Of a stretch of DNA of 64,000 nucleotides, positions 11,047 through 23,600 are shown piece after piece. Origin of the DNA: Antedon mediterranea. Taxonomy: Eukaryota > Animalia > Echinodermata. The DNA lies in NCBI RefSeq assembly GCF_964355755.1, contig NC_092676.1, positions 23,640,871-23,704,870 of the forward strand. The letters are read 5' to 3'. Both the position numbers and the translations under genes were made by a program. The notes beneath the pieces are model-generated. The model saw only the letters and a list, made by a program, of their open reading frames with translations. It was not told the DNA's origin and did no database searches. Position 1 is the stretch's first letter. Each line of letters opens with the position of its first letter.

Positions 11047-13445
11047 ATGGTAATTTACTTTACTGATAATATTATTTTGGATCCTTCGTTTATTTATTGC
11101 CCCTCATCATTATTGACGTTAATTAGGCTAGGCCTAGCTAGCCTACTAGGTAGGCCCTAGATAGGCGCGGCTAGGCCGATCATTACAGTGATTGCTGATC
11201 CAGGGAGAGGACCCTCTCTGTTGACGTTGTTTCCGCACTGTGCATAGGGTGAAACAGTCAAGCTAGTGAAGTGACTAGGCCTAGTGAAGTGTAGTAGTCC
11301 TGTAGTGCATAAGTATATTAATATTAAATTCAATGTTTTCTATAAATAATATTTTTTAAGGGAAATTCAGAATCATTGCTGACAGAAGAGAAAATAGCAG
11401 AACTGGAAGGTAAAACTCATTGTAAGTATTTAAAGAATATATATAATAAATAGATTTATTCTTTTGATGATGATGAATGAGTGGCCGAGCGGTTAAGACA
11501 GTGGAACCGTAATTACCTAGCCATAACAACGGCAGGGGTTCGAGGCTCACTCACTCCATGGTTCTGATGGTAGAACGAGTCTTCTCGGATAAGGACTATA
11601 AACCGTAGGTCCAGTGTACACATCTGGCTCGTGTGCACTTTAAAGAACCTAGTACATCTTTCGAGACGAGTAGGGGGTTACCCCGGTGTATTAGTACATC
11701 ACAGCCACTGATCACCAACTGGGCCCTCTGGGAGACCAGTCATTGACTGAAGAGGTTACCCAGTATAAATATATATTTCAATTCAATATTTTATTAAAAT
11801 AATGATAATGAATGCCACAATCAATGGCATATTAATTATTATATTGAAGATCATCTACATTTTTATACTATAGTTAACCAAAAAGAAATCAAACAAATGG
11901 TCAAGAGATATAGTGCTCAAATCGACTCGACAACTTCTGCAGAGATGACCAGGGACGGCTTCTTGTCCATTCCGGAGGTAGCGTGCACTCCTTATGCAAT
12001 CCTGTTCTTTAACATTTATACAAGCAGCCAAAAATCCACCCTGATGCCGGAGGAGTTTCTCGTGCTTTTCTCAACACTTAGTAATAAAGCAACTGTTGAG
12101 GAAAAACAAAAACGTAAATAATAATATTATTTATATTTACAGTTTGAATACAGTAGAAGTAGTACCCCTCCTTTGGCCATGTTTCCGCAGCCAACAATTA
12201 ACCTATTAACCTGATAAAAATTAACCGATATTTAACCGATAAAATTCTTGTGGAAACGATTAAGAAAAATTAACCGATAATTATCTCATTCAAATCAGAT
12301 AATTATCGGATAAATGCGATCATTTTTTACATTTGACCTGAAGGACAAATTGTTGTGCTGTGATTAGTTGTTGGTTGTTTGGTCTGATCATGCGCACTTT
12401 ATTTTGATTAATTGTCTGATTGATTAAGAATTAACCGATGATTTTGATATGACTGTGGAAACATAGCCTTTGGGATGATTTTGAGAGTATGATATTCAGT
12501 GGACACCCCGATTAAGGGGATACTTTATACCATGATAACAAGTGAGAAGCAATGATATGTTTGAATACTACTGCTAACCCATTCAGGGGTAACTTTGTTG
12601 TGTCCTGAAGGTGTTCCCTTAATAGAGGTTCTACTGTAAATAATTGGTAAAATCAACAACAAAATGAAGTATTCATAATCATCAATTTAATTTTGTATAA
12701 TCAATATTTCTTTATTTTTGTTCAGTAATGTTTGATGCGTTTGACATAAATAGAGATGGTGATATAGGGTTCAATGAACTTTTCCGTATGTATAAGAACA
12801 TGTTCACCGCAGGGTTCACGGATGACCAGCTGACTGAGCTCGTAAATTCTGTGTTAGCAATGCCAAATTTAAAAACGCCAGGAAGAATAAGTTACGAAGA
12901 ATTTAGCAAAGTAAGCATAGATATTTGGGGAAAGGGGGCTAAATATAAAATATAAATAAAAATTAAATATGGTATGATGATATATGTTTAAAGCTCTGTC
13001 TACACTATCAAACTTTATGTCACAAACAAATGTGAGGTGCCTATATATGGACATGATGATGTCACATCACTACCATATTTGGGTATATCACTACCATATT
13101 TGGGTACATCACACTTTTTTGTCATACTACTGTAGTTTGATAGCGTAGAGAGCTTAAGACATAAGTTATAGTATTTGATTTTAACAATATTATATAACAA
13201 TATATTATTAAACTCTGTGTAAAAAAACAGGATTTTTGTTAAGGGAGAGAATTAAAGACGTTTATGCAGCTATTTGGTTTTGGTATATTTTGGGGTAGAC
13301 TTAGACCCATTTGTCTTCTTTACCGTAATAAAAACCCTGGTTTATTATTATTTTTTTTAAAATTATATAATGGTTTTATATTTTTTAGGCTATCTCACCA
13401 ATGGAACTTCGTGAAAAAGTGACCATTAATCTCCAGCTAGTCTGA
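11047..13445 (+). CDS. Calcineurin B / CHP / CIB-like EF-hand protein, 5 exons, 181 aa
   Basis: Exons 11047-11049 (ATG only), 11361-11421, 11874-12113, 12726-12910, 13389-13445 (546 nt, phase-consistent). N-terminus MGNSES is a myristoylation motif. Also THFNQKEI, FLSIPE, EEKQKLMFDAFDINRDGDIGFNEL, GRISYEEF. Confidence 0.88.
11478..11790 (+). mobile_element. Apparently full-length tRNA-derived SINE with Deu/Nin-like core (family 1)
   Basis: A box tggccgagcgg, B box ggttcgaggc, core ggataaggactataaaccgtaggtcc...taaagaacc...gagtagggg..ccccggtg, and an AT-rich tail. Confidence 0.85.
12175..12468. mobile_element. PIF/Harbinger-like MITE nested in a Tc1/mariner-like MITE (12149-12638)
   Basis: TIR ggccatgtttccgcagc / gactgtggaaacatagcc with TTT on both sides. 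Host ends are ta-cagtagaa and ttctactg-ta. A partial second copy of the inner element lies at ~15585-15782. Confidence 0.7.
12992..13154. mobile_element. MITE family A (TIR agctctgtctacactatcaaact), representative copy
   Basis: Other full or partial copies at about 21038-21195, 25109-25200, 26724-26849, 28762-28886, 42091-42172, 43983-44108, 54213-54632 and 61828-62049. Mostly in TTAA-like flanks. Confidence 0.9.
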
Positions 13446-14113
13446 TGATGAAACATGAACTCGATGGAAGGCCGTAGCGAGAAGTTTTAAAAAACTGACG
13501 ACGAGGCAAAAAGATGTTTAAATAATTATAATATTACCGTAATATAAGATATGACAAGTTGTGCCGGGGGAATTTGAGATGGGTGGTGAAAACTGACAAT
13601 TTCATACGATTCGAGAACCTCATACTAACTACGGGCCTGTGATGTCATTGTATTTATATCTTGACTTAGATTCAAAGAAGGAGGCACAAATTGTACATTG
13701 CAATACTCTATTTGCATTGATGTGGCTACAGAAATCAGGGTGGGTGTCGCCCACACCTCACAAAAAAACAACTTTAAATTGATTTTTGTTGATCTACGGT
13801 TTTTAAACTGTATATATATATATTCCTAAAATATCATTTGAATGACTGTTATCTGTTTAAAAATCATTTAAAGACTTTATTTTAACCAATGTTATGTGAA
13901 GTGCCGCTGTTAATGTATGAATATATGTTATAGCCTGAAAACTTATATGTATTCTTCTTACATTAGTATTTTTATTGCGATTGTATTCAAATGTTTATAT
14001 TTATTCTTGAGTATAAATGCATATTGTGCAATAAAATAATTAAAATAATAGTACCGTTGTATTAGAAGTAATTAATAGATCTTGTAGAAATTCAATAAGT
14101 ATAAATGTTTTAA

Positions 14114-14397
14114 AGATGTATTATCCCCCGAAAACATGAACAATGAAGTACTAAAAAAAATACTTTGAATAGGCCATTTTGGTAATCACTTCAGTAGGGG
14201 AAAAAAAAGAAAAAAATTATGTTTTCACTTATAAAAAGACAAACGGGTAAATTCAACCAAAAACCCATTGACTTCCAGTCAATTTGACTATTTTTTGCTT
14301 TAAATTACAGTTTTTTTCAGGTACGAAATAATTCATTTTTAAAATGGGATATTCAACAAAAATATTTAACAAAATTAGTTTTAGTGGGACAATATAC
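14114..14397. mobile_element. MITE family B (TIR agatgtattgtcccc / ggggacaatatatct), degenerate copy upstream of MPP8
   Basis: Shares the left end (agatgtattatcccccgaaaacatgaacaatgaag) and internal atattcaacaaaa with the copies at 18970, 47465 and 53201. Confidence 0.75.
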
Positions 14398-14612
14398 AAT
14401 ATATATTTGTTATTTTCATTAAGATTTCATAAATATTAAAAATAAATATATAACATTTATTTAATTAACATTTAAGAGAATAATTAAAAAGCGGCATCTA
14501 AAAAACGCCCAAAATTTTATAAATTGGGGAAAAAAACTACTTCAATTTTCTAGAGGGCGCTAATTCACTGACTTTTCTTTTGTTGATTACGAGACGGTCG
14601 CTGTCAGGAAAA

Positions 14613-17600
14613 ATGGCAACAAATGTCACTGAAATGGAAGAAACGAAGACAGAAACACAAAATGAAGAAGGAGAAGTGGACGAGGAAACTGATGTTTTTG
14701 AGGTTTTCAAGATAATGGGAATGACAAAAACGGACGAGGTGTGTTTATTTAGTGCATTTGATAGCCTTTACGGTTCGAGGGCTATAGCCTATGTTGTGTG
14801 TAGGCTAGGCCTGGATGATTTAACTCAACCGCAAATGATGCTAGTTGAGGTGGGGTTTTAATTGAGTGATGAAAGTACACAGATGCACATTGACATACAG
14901 CAGGCTAGAATGGCCTAAATTTATCCAATTATATATTTGTATTTTACTGTCGTGAATTAGCCTACTTATATTTATAAATTGTACAATATAAAAACTAAAC
15001 TTTTTCTTTTAATTCATAAATTGTTAAAAAAAACTGTCTGACTCTGAATGTTTTTATTTTTAAAACTTTTTCCCCACATTTATCATGATTATTGAGTTTT
15101 TAGGTTTTTGATTGCATTACAAAAACAGCTAGGTCTAGATTTGAAACATGTCAATTAGATTTATATCAAACGTTAATCATCAAACTAAAAATGTCATTGT
15201 CACTATACAGTGAGTTACAAACATAATATTAATACAGTAATTAATATTTCTGATGTAGGGCACTCAGCTGTTTCTTGTACGCTGGAGAGGGTACGGTCCA
15301 GAAGAAGACACTTGGGAACCAAGAGATAACCTCTTTGCTTGTGAAGATCTCATAGAGCAATTTCTGGAAAAAGAATCAAAGAAGAGAAAGATTAGTCAGG
15401 CAAAGACTCAAGTTAAACAAAAGGTACAGCTTTTTTTTAACCACTTTGTGTTAAATAATAAGGAATCTCTTTCCTCATTTTCAGTACAATGGTCTAACAT
15501 TTTGTGGTGTAGGACGTAATTCCGCAGCACCTAATAATTAATCAATAAACTCCCTGTTAAACTGATTCCACTTGTGAATAATGAACCGATAAATATATCA
15601 TTCAAATCGGATAATTATCGATAAATGCGATCATTTTTAACCTTTGACCTGAGGACATATTGTTGCATTGTGATTGGACACCTCGTTGTTTTGTAATGAC
15701 TGATTATGCGCACTTTATAATTAGTTACCTGATTGGTTAAAAAATTAACCGATAATTTTGTTTTGGCTGCGGAAACACAGCCTTTGTTCCATGTGATTAT
15801 TAAAAAAAATTGATAATATATATATATATGTTATATTTATTTAATCAATAAATATTATTATCTAGTTTGATACTTGTTTTTACTACCACAGAAAGCAAAA
15901 TTAGCAAATTCCAAGCAGGATTCCCCACCATCGCCGCCACCATCTACAAAATCAGAAAGCCATGCTATAAAGATAGAAGAAGTCTCACCTTCAGCAAACA
16001 CAGTGGTAGACGAAAAACCACAGAAAGACACATTTTGGGATGACCTAAAAAATGGGTTGATATCCTTTGGGGATGATATGTATTCAAAGGTGAAAGGTCG
16101 CCGAGCTACTCTTGAGGCAAAGAAGAAAAAGGAAGAGGAGGAATTGAAGAACAAGGAAAAAGTGGAAAAGAAAGGAAAAATTAAACGGTTAAAGGCAAAG
16201 CGGGAACAGAAGATGCAGCCCAGTAATTGTTCAGGAGAGATCAAGAAAACTAAGTCAACGCTTGCTTTGGAAGCTATTGGGTCTTTAGAGAGTGCAACAC
16301 AAAGAACGCTAGAATTCGCTACACAGAGAACACTGACAAAGAGTTTGGATGCCTTTGATTTAGCTCAGAACAACAGCAACTTGTACAACTCTCCTGTCCA
16401 TCATACTAGAACTGAGGAGCTTACCATCGCTTGCTTGGAGAAAAAGCGAAGGAGCTCTTGTGAAACGACATCAGCTACAGAAACTCCAGATGCAGTGAGT
16501 TCAGCTGATGAAGATTCAACATCACGGCATCAGGTAATCCATTTTTACACCCCACTCATTGCGAAATATTGTTTTTAGATTACTTTTAATTTTTAACACG
16601 ACATATTTCAAATGTTTAATGTTGAATGTTTTTTTAATACTGCCAATTGATCTAGTAGACCAGTCTAATGTAATCCTTTTTGATTTTCAGTTTTTAGAAA
16701 CGTATTCTTCCATTCACCAGCTACATCAAGAGAACAAACAAGTTCATGATGAACAATCCAAAGATTCCATAAGTACTAGCAATTCAACTGGAGAGGAGAC
16801 CGAAACTGACCCAGAATTAGTGTCCAGAATCTCTGCACAGCTTCGGGGAGTTTCTTCAAAAGGGTTGCCAGAATCGGTGACCACTTCTCAGAGCGAGTGC
16901 AGACTAAATGAGGTGATGGCAAGGCTTGATGCTGAAGCGGAAGCAGAGTTTGAATTTGAACTTACTGCCAATGATTTTGCCCCGTATTCACCATCAGATT
17001 GTGACACATCATTTTCTGTAGCAGGGATATCTTCAGCAGTGACATCTTCAGCGTTACCATCAGTGTCAGCGACATCTTCAGAATCTGATGTATCATCGTC
17101 AACATCTAATTCCCAACCACTGCCCTCTTTAGTATCATCACAAGAACCGGAGAGTATGTCAAATTTAGCAATACCAGCTCAATCAAAATTATCAAGTAAT
17201 ATAGAAGAGTTAACACGACCTAGCGACTTAAAAGACAAAGAAAGCCAAAGTGAAAAAAAAGGGTTTAGTAATCGGGAAACATTACCATTCGTAAGAAGTG
17301 CATTTCAGAATGATTTAGCAGTTGGGAAAGAAATGTCACCTCAATCGGAGAAAAAGGAGAGATCTTTTTTACAAATTTATCAAGAAGAGAACCTTAATCT
17401 TAAAAAGGACAAAAACACATCGGCAAATGTAGATAAATTAAAAAGAAAAACTGAAAATGTTTTCAGTGAAATGACAGAAGGAAATTCGTTTTGGAGCATG
17501 CTTTCCGAAAACAATCCAGAAAAAAACGAAGAGCATACTGTTGATAGTGATATCAATACAACCAACACCTTAACTGTATCTTTGCCTACAAAAGACAAAA

Positions 17601-20600
17601 AACTTTCTTCAAAGAAAAAGGCGCTATTTAACTTTTCCAAACTAAAAAATACAGATGTTAATTTAAACGAGAAGAAATCAAACTTGGTAGTTGACCAAAA
17701 AAAGAAAGATATCAAAACTGAGGTAGACATTTCTTCCAATAAAGAGAGTGGCAAATCAGAATTTAATATTAATACAGAGAAAATAAAAAATAAGAAAGAT
17801 GATGATAAACCTGAGATAGACGCAAAGAATCATGAGTGGATGAACCAACAGAAAAAACAGCATCCAATCCGAGATGATACAGAAAAAACAAAAATTGAGC
17901 AGGACGAAAATAAACCAGAGATTGACGCCAAGAAGAATGAGAGAATAACCCAGCAGAAAAAACAACATCTAATCCGAGATGATACCAAAAAGAAAGTATT
18001 AAAAGCAGATAATAAAAAAGATGTGGTGATCCCGTCCGTTGGAGGCGGAGATTTGCATAAATTTAAGAAGATAAAACAGGAATGTCTTCAAGATAAGTTG
18101 TCTGAAAGTTGTAAAGATGTCAACAAAGCCAAGATTAAAACACAGCAACCTCAAAAAATCAAGCCAAACCGAATAGAAAGAAACAGCTTGGAAGAAGGTA
18201 AAATAGTTTTTAGTATTTTATTCAAAATTGAATTCCTAGAAAGTATGAATGTCCTTGGTTAAGCTAGAAAATTTGATTATAGGAAATTATTAAATATAAC
18301 ACTTTCATCATTTCAATTGACCTTGAAATCCTTGCACAAAATAATTTCGAATTTCCTGATATGTATTTATTTTATTGTTTTCTGGCCACACAGAAACATT
18401 TAAAGATTGCAAATAACTTAATCGATGTTTCATAGACAATTAATTAATGTCTGTTAATTGGGCTACAGTTAATAAAGTAGTTAATAAAGTAGCTAATAAA
18501 GACATGGCCATCTGTTTTTCTGAAAGCTGTGTCGGTTCTCTAAGCAATGGTACACTAAATTTATACTTTTAAACTATTGCATATTCATTATTGTACATTT
18601 TTTATGATCAATATTCGGTCAGTATACTTTTGATTTATTGATTTTTATTGATTTGTATTGATTTGCATTGCTCTTTCAGATTCCTATGAATTGGATTTAG
18701 ACGATTATGAGTCACCGGTTGAACAGGATGTATCTGATTTGAATTCCATTTCCAGCACTCCTATAACTGAAGGTATATAGTAATAACTGTTTAACTGTTA
18801 TTATAATCTTTTGCTGATACTGTATTAACTAAATAAGTTCTCATTCATTCATTCATACACATTTATTCAGTTATTTGACAATAACTGGGGCCCGCACTAG
18901 AAGCAATAGCTTGTCTCATGAGGACCCCTACAATATAAATATGCAAAATGTTTTACATGATGGTATAAAAGATGTATTGGCCCCAAAAAACATGAATAAT
19001 GAAGATTATTAAAAAGAGGACTTTGAAGTTAATCACAAAAACTATATAAAAAAAATGTTTTCATTTATAAAAAGACAAAATAAGCAGTTGAATTCAACAT
19101 GACTGACAGGTAAATAATTTTTTTCAGATCAATCCAATTTTTGATCAAAACTATTATGTGACATTAAAATGGCATATTCAACCAAAACATTTATAACAAT
19201 TATTTTTTTCAGGGAGACAATATATATCTTTAAATAAGTTTCCAGTTTCATCCAAATTGTGTGGATTTATATTCGGAATGCATTAACAATAATTTTACCA
19301 AAGTCTTGCGGCCCGATTTCAGCCCAAATTAGGAGGTTAGATTATATTTATTCAGTTATAGTTAATAGTTGCAACTATCCTGAAATCAAACTCTACAATA
19401 TTAAATTGTATAAAATAATACTCCTCCTTATTACTAATTGTTAATTTATTAATAAAATTTAATCACTAGTCAACCATATTGCGTTGATTACTTAAATTTT
19501 ATACATGTGACCTACAGCAGTAAATTATGGGCATCATCATATGCTATAATAAAACAATACTATTATAATAAAGTTATATTGTCCCCTGAAAAAAAATTTC
19601 AAATTGTTGTTGAATATGCCATTTTAATGTCACATAATAGTTATTCACTTTGACCAAAAATTGGATCTAGAAAAAGAATTATAAATGTAAAAAGAACTGT
19701 AATTTAAAGCAAAAAAAAAATTTTACAAACTGAAGCGTATCCCTCCATTATTGTAAATTATTCATTATGAGCAGATATTTTTCTTTATTATGAGCAAATA
19801 ATTTTCTTTATTAAGAGCAAATATTTTTTCTTTATTAAGAGCAGATATTTCCTTTATTATGAGTAGATATTTCCTTTATTATGAGCAGATATTTTTCTTT
19901 ATTTTTCTGATAACTCTTACAGGTGCCTTTAGACAAGCTGTTATGAAAGGGAACTGTGCGTTAGTGGAACAGGCATTTAGAACAATAGACGTTAAACTCC
20001 TCTGTCTTGAAAAATCAGATGATCGATGCAAAACACTACTGATGTATGCGGTCGAAGGTCGTCATGACAGCATTGTCAGGTTGTTGTTAGGCCATGGTGT
20101 GTCTGTAAACCGGCACGATAGAGATGGTATGACTGCTATTATGTATGCTGCACATCAGGTGGGTTGCCAGTAAATTGTCCAAACATGGCGAGATGGATCT
20201 ATATATATTGTATTATGTCTGATGTTACTCACCCTGTTTTTGATAACCTTCTTACCTGTAGATCAGGTAGATTACTCCACCTCAAAGTCAAAACAAACAG
20301 ATTTAGGAACAACACATATATTCCATTAGCTATCAGGATGTATAATAGAGATTTCAAACGCTAATCCGCTAATTACTCATGTTTCTGTTACATTTTCCTG
20401 TTTATTTTTTATTTAGTCTTGTTATTAATGTAATATTTACTAACTCGAGTGTACTTAAGGACCCATATCTCATGGCTGTATATTTTTGCCGTTGTGACAA
20501 TAAAGTTTTATCATATCGTATTGTATATCCAAGCCATATATCTTAGTATATCATTGAACCACGCATACACATTTTACTGGGACTACTTTGATAACAATTT

Positions 20601-23600
20601 CCTTTGTTTTTTTCTAGGGTTTATTCAACATTGTGGCAATTTTGATAGAAGCTGGGGCATACCTTAATATCAAGCAATCGTCGTCAGGGGATACAGCTCT
20701 AGTTAAGGTATAATAATTGATATTTCTGTATAAATAAATAAGCAGATTATAAATTTATTTTATTAAATTTCTAATCAATAAATACTTTTATTTAAAGATA
20801 ATTTAATTTTTTTTTATTTCTTTAATAGGCTTGTAAGAAGGGTTTTGCATCTGTAGCCGAGTTGCTGGTGCTCAATGGTGCAGATTGGAGTGTTGTCATG
20901 GGAGCAAACTGTGTAACAGGATGCTCTATCCTTAACCATAATGTCCAGGATATTATTACGAAGCATTGTGACAGGTATGTGTACCCGACTTGTTACTTAC
21001 GTTTGGTTATAGATTTTTCTCAATTATATTATTATAAAGGTCTGTCTACCCTATCAAACTAGTTTGATAAAAAAAAAGTTTGATGTGCCCAAATATGGTA
21101 GTGATATGCTTAAATAGTGATATGACAGCATCATGTCCATATAAGGGCACATCAAATTTTTTGGTCACATAAATTTTGATAGTGTATACAAGGCTTTAAA
21201 GTTGATTGTTTTTAATAGATTATCCAAGTGTGTACAGAAAACAATGAACGAATATTTGACTGGGATTGCTAAGGTCCAGACACTAGTGTTACCACTACAA
21301 GCCTTAAGACCTTGTGAAGCTACGGAACACACTCTCTACCTCAAATTTAACCCTAGCTATTACCTCTATAAACACGGTAAGAGCCTACATATCGGTCAGA
21401 TTTTGCCCTACTCTGACGTAATTTGTACTTTATACTAAGTACATTCAGAATGCGTGCAAAAAAATATGCAAGTAATTCTCGGGTGGGATTCGAAACCCAC
21501 GACCTCCAAATCAACTTAGTTGATAATTACTGGCATTGTGTTGTTAATATATTATTATTCATTAATCACCCTTGCCTATACACAGATATTGTAGATATAC
21601 TTCTAGTCAGGGTGATGTCAAGAAGTACAATAGTACGATGATGATGACACACATTTTTTTATAAATAAATAAAAATAAATAACACAGACAGGTACAATAC
21701 AATTACAGAGACAACAAATATGTTTCTTAGTGTTCTTAGGAATTGTCCTTGCCCATGGTGTCCAGCATTGTTAGCGTTAACTAATTAGTACACTTTATAT
21801 GCATCTTCCTTCTTCTCCTTAGATTGCGGAATCCTACTTTTCCTCGTCCATGCTAAATTCAATGCGTATAGTCTCGATTGTCGTCTGGAGGGTCCATGCC
21901 TCGTACGAGAGGTGCTAATGAACGATATTCCTCTTCCATCGCTTATGCCAGTAAGTATTCCATTGTTATCACGTCAGTTAAAGTTCACTAACCGTATTTA
22001 TTTGAATACACACCTTCCTCCCACCCCCATAGAAAATCATTAGGAATAAACGCCCCCCTCAAATAAACAACACAACATTTCTATTTGTAGTAGAATTCAC
22101 AATCATTTTTATACATATTTGTTCTTTATTTTATAATTTTTTGATATTAATTGTGTTGTACCTGTAAGAGGTGTTTATTTGATACATGTTACCATATTAC
22201 ACCCAAAAAAATAAACGCCTCCCTCAAATAAAAGGCCCCTTAAAAATCCTCCCACAATAAAAACCCTGAGGCATCATTTATTTAAATAAATTTGGAGACA
22301 GTGCTTTATCAAAGTTCAGTTGAAAATGTGTTCCAATATATACAATTTGGTATTATGAATTTCACAACTAACCATGCATTTAATTGTTTTTTTTACATTA
22401 CAGAATAATAATTTTATAATGTCATTTCTGCCGATAGAAGGGCGCAATAAGATTAAAGTATTTACTTTAAATGCACCGCATACTCATGTAAGTATTTACT
22501 TTAAATGCACCGCATACTCATGTAAGTGTTTACTTTAAATGCACCGCATACTCATGTAAGTGTTTACTTTAAATGCACCGCACTCATGTAAGTATTTACT
22601 TTAAATGCACCGCATACTCATGTAAGTGTTTACTTTAAATGCACCGCATACTCATGTAAGTGTTTACTTTAAATGCACCGCATACTCATGTAAGTGTTTA
22701 CTTTAAATGCACCGCATACTCATGTAAGTGTTTACTTTAAATGCACCGCATACTCATGTAAGTGTTTACTTTAAATGCACCGCATACTCATGTAAGTGTT
22801 TACTTTAAATGCACCGCATACTCATGTAAGTGTTTACTTTAAATGCACCGCATACTCATGTAAGTGTTTACTTTAAATGCACCGCATACTCATGTAAGTG
22901 TTTACTTTAAATGCACCGCATACTCATGTAAGTGTTTACTTTAAATGCACCGCATACTCATGTAAGTGTTTACTTTAAATGCACCGCATACTCATGTAAG
23001 TGTTTACTTTAAATGCACCGCATACTCATGTAAGTGTTTACTTTAAATGCACCGCATACTCATGTAAGTGTTTACTTTAAATGCACCGCATACTCATGTA
23101 AGTATTTACTTTAAATGCACCGCACTCATGTAAGTGTTTACTTTAAATGCACCGCACTCATGTAAGTGTTTACTTTAAATGCACCGCATACTCATGTAAG
23201 TGTTTACTTTAAATGCACCGCATACTCATGTAAGTGTTTACTTTAAATGCACCGCATACTCATGTAAGTGTTTAGTGATGTACGAATTTTAGTTTTTATT
23301 GTAGATAAGCATGAATGAATAAAAATTTGGTTTATCTTTCTTATCTACTGGATGGCAATTTTGTCAACATTCACTTGTCATTTTGTTGTCTATACTCTTG
23401 TTGTTGTTACTCTAATTGCCTTGTCCTTCGGATGTGATGTAAAGCTGCTTGTCCTGCGTACTGTACATATAGTGCACATTATAGAACTTGGTACACTATT
23501 CGAAAAGAGTAGGGGATTGTCTCCCGGTGTGCTGATCTTGTAGGCGCTTCGCTCCTGGCTGCCGTGTGTTCGTGGAGGGCCTAATCCAAATTTCCTCAGT

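Noticed and set aside
11031-11049. Upstream ATG (MSEDKN) as the start of the EF-hand gene
   Set aside because: Out of frame with exon 2, where it hits a stop. The ATG at 11047 gives the in-frame MGNSES start. It could at most be a short overlapping uORF.
11478-11560. Possible tRNA gene (also 194-270, 54283-54355, 21478-21510, 63830-63890)
   Set aside because: A/B boxes are present but there is no clean cloverleaf, and the longer examples continue into SINE bodies. These are SINE heads or fragments.
14547-14562. CTCF-like motif ctagagggcgc upstream of MPP8, and YY1-like aanatggcg at the MRPS9 and CCT8 start codons
   Set aside because: Partial matches only. They overlap ordinary Kozak context or lack the 5' half of the motif, so they cannot be supported from sequence alone.
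15858-17968. Antisense ORFs over the MPP8 linker exons (also 31655-31927, 32283-32540, 42792-43136, 53623-53820, 54688-54912)
   Set aside because: Shadow ORFs opposite real coding exons, with biased composition and no independent gene structure.
22456-23274. 34 bp repeat of CRISPR-repeat length
   Set aside because: No spacers. The unit derives from the host exon-intron junction.
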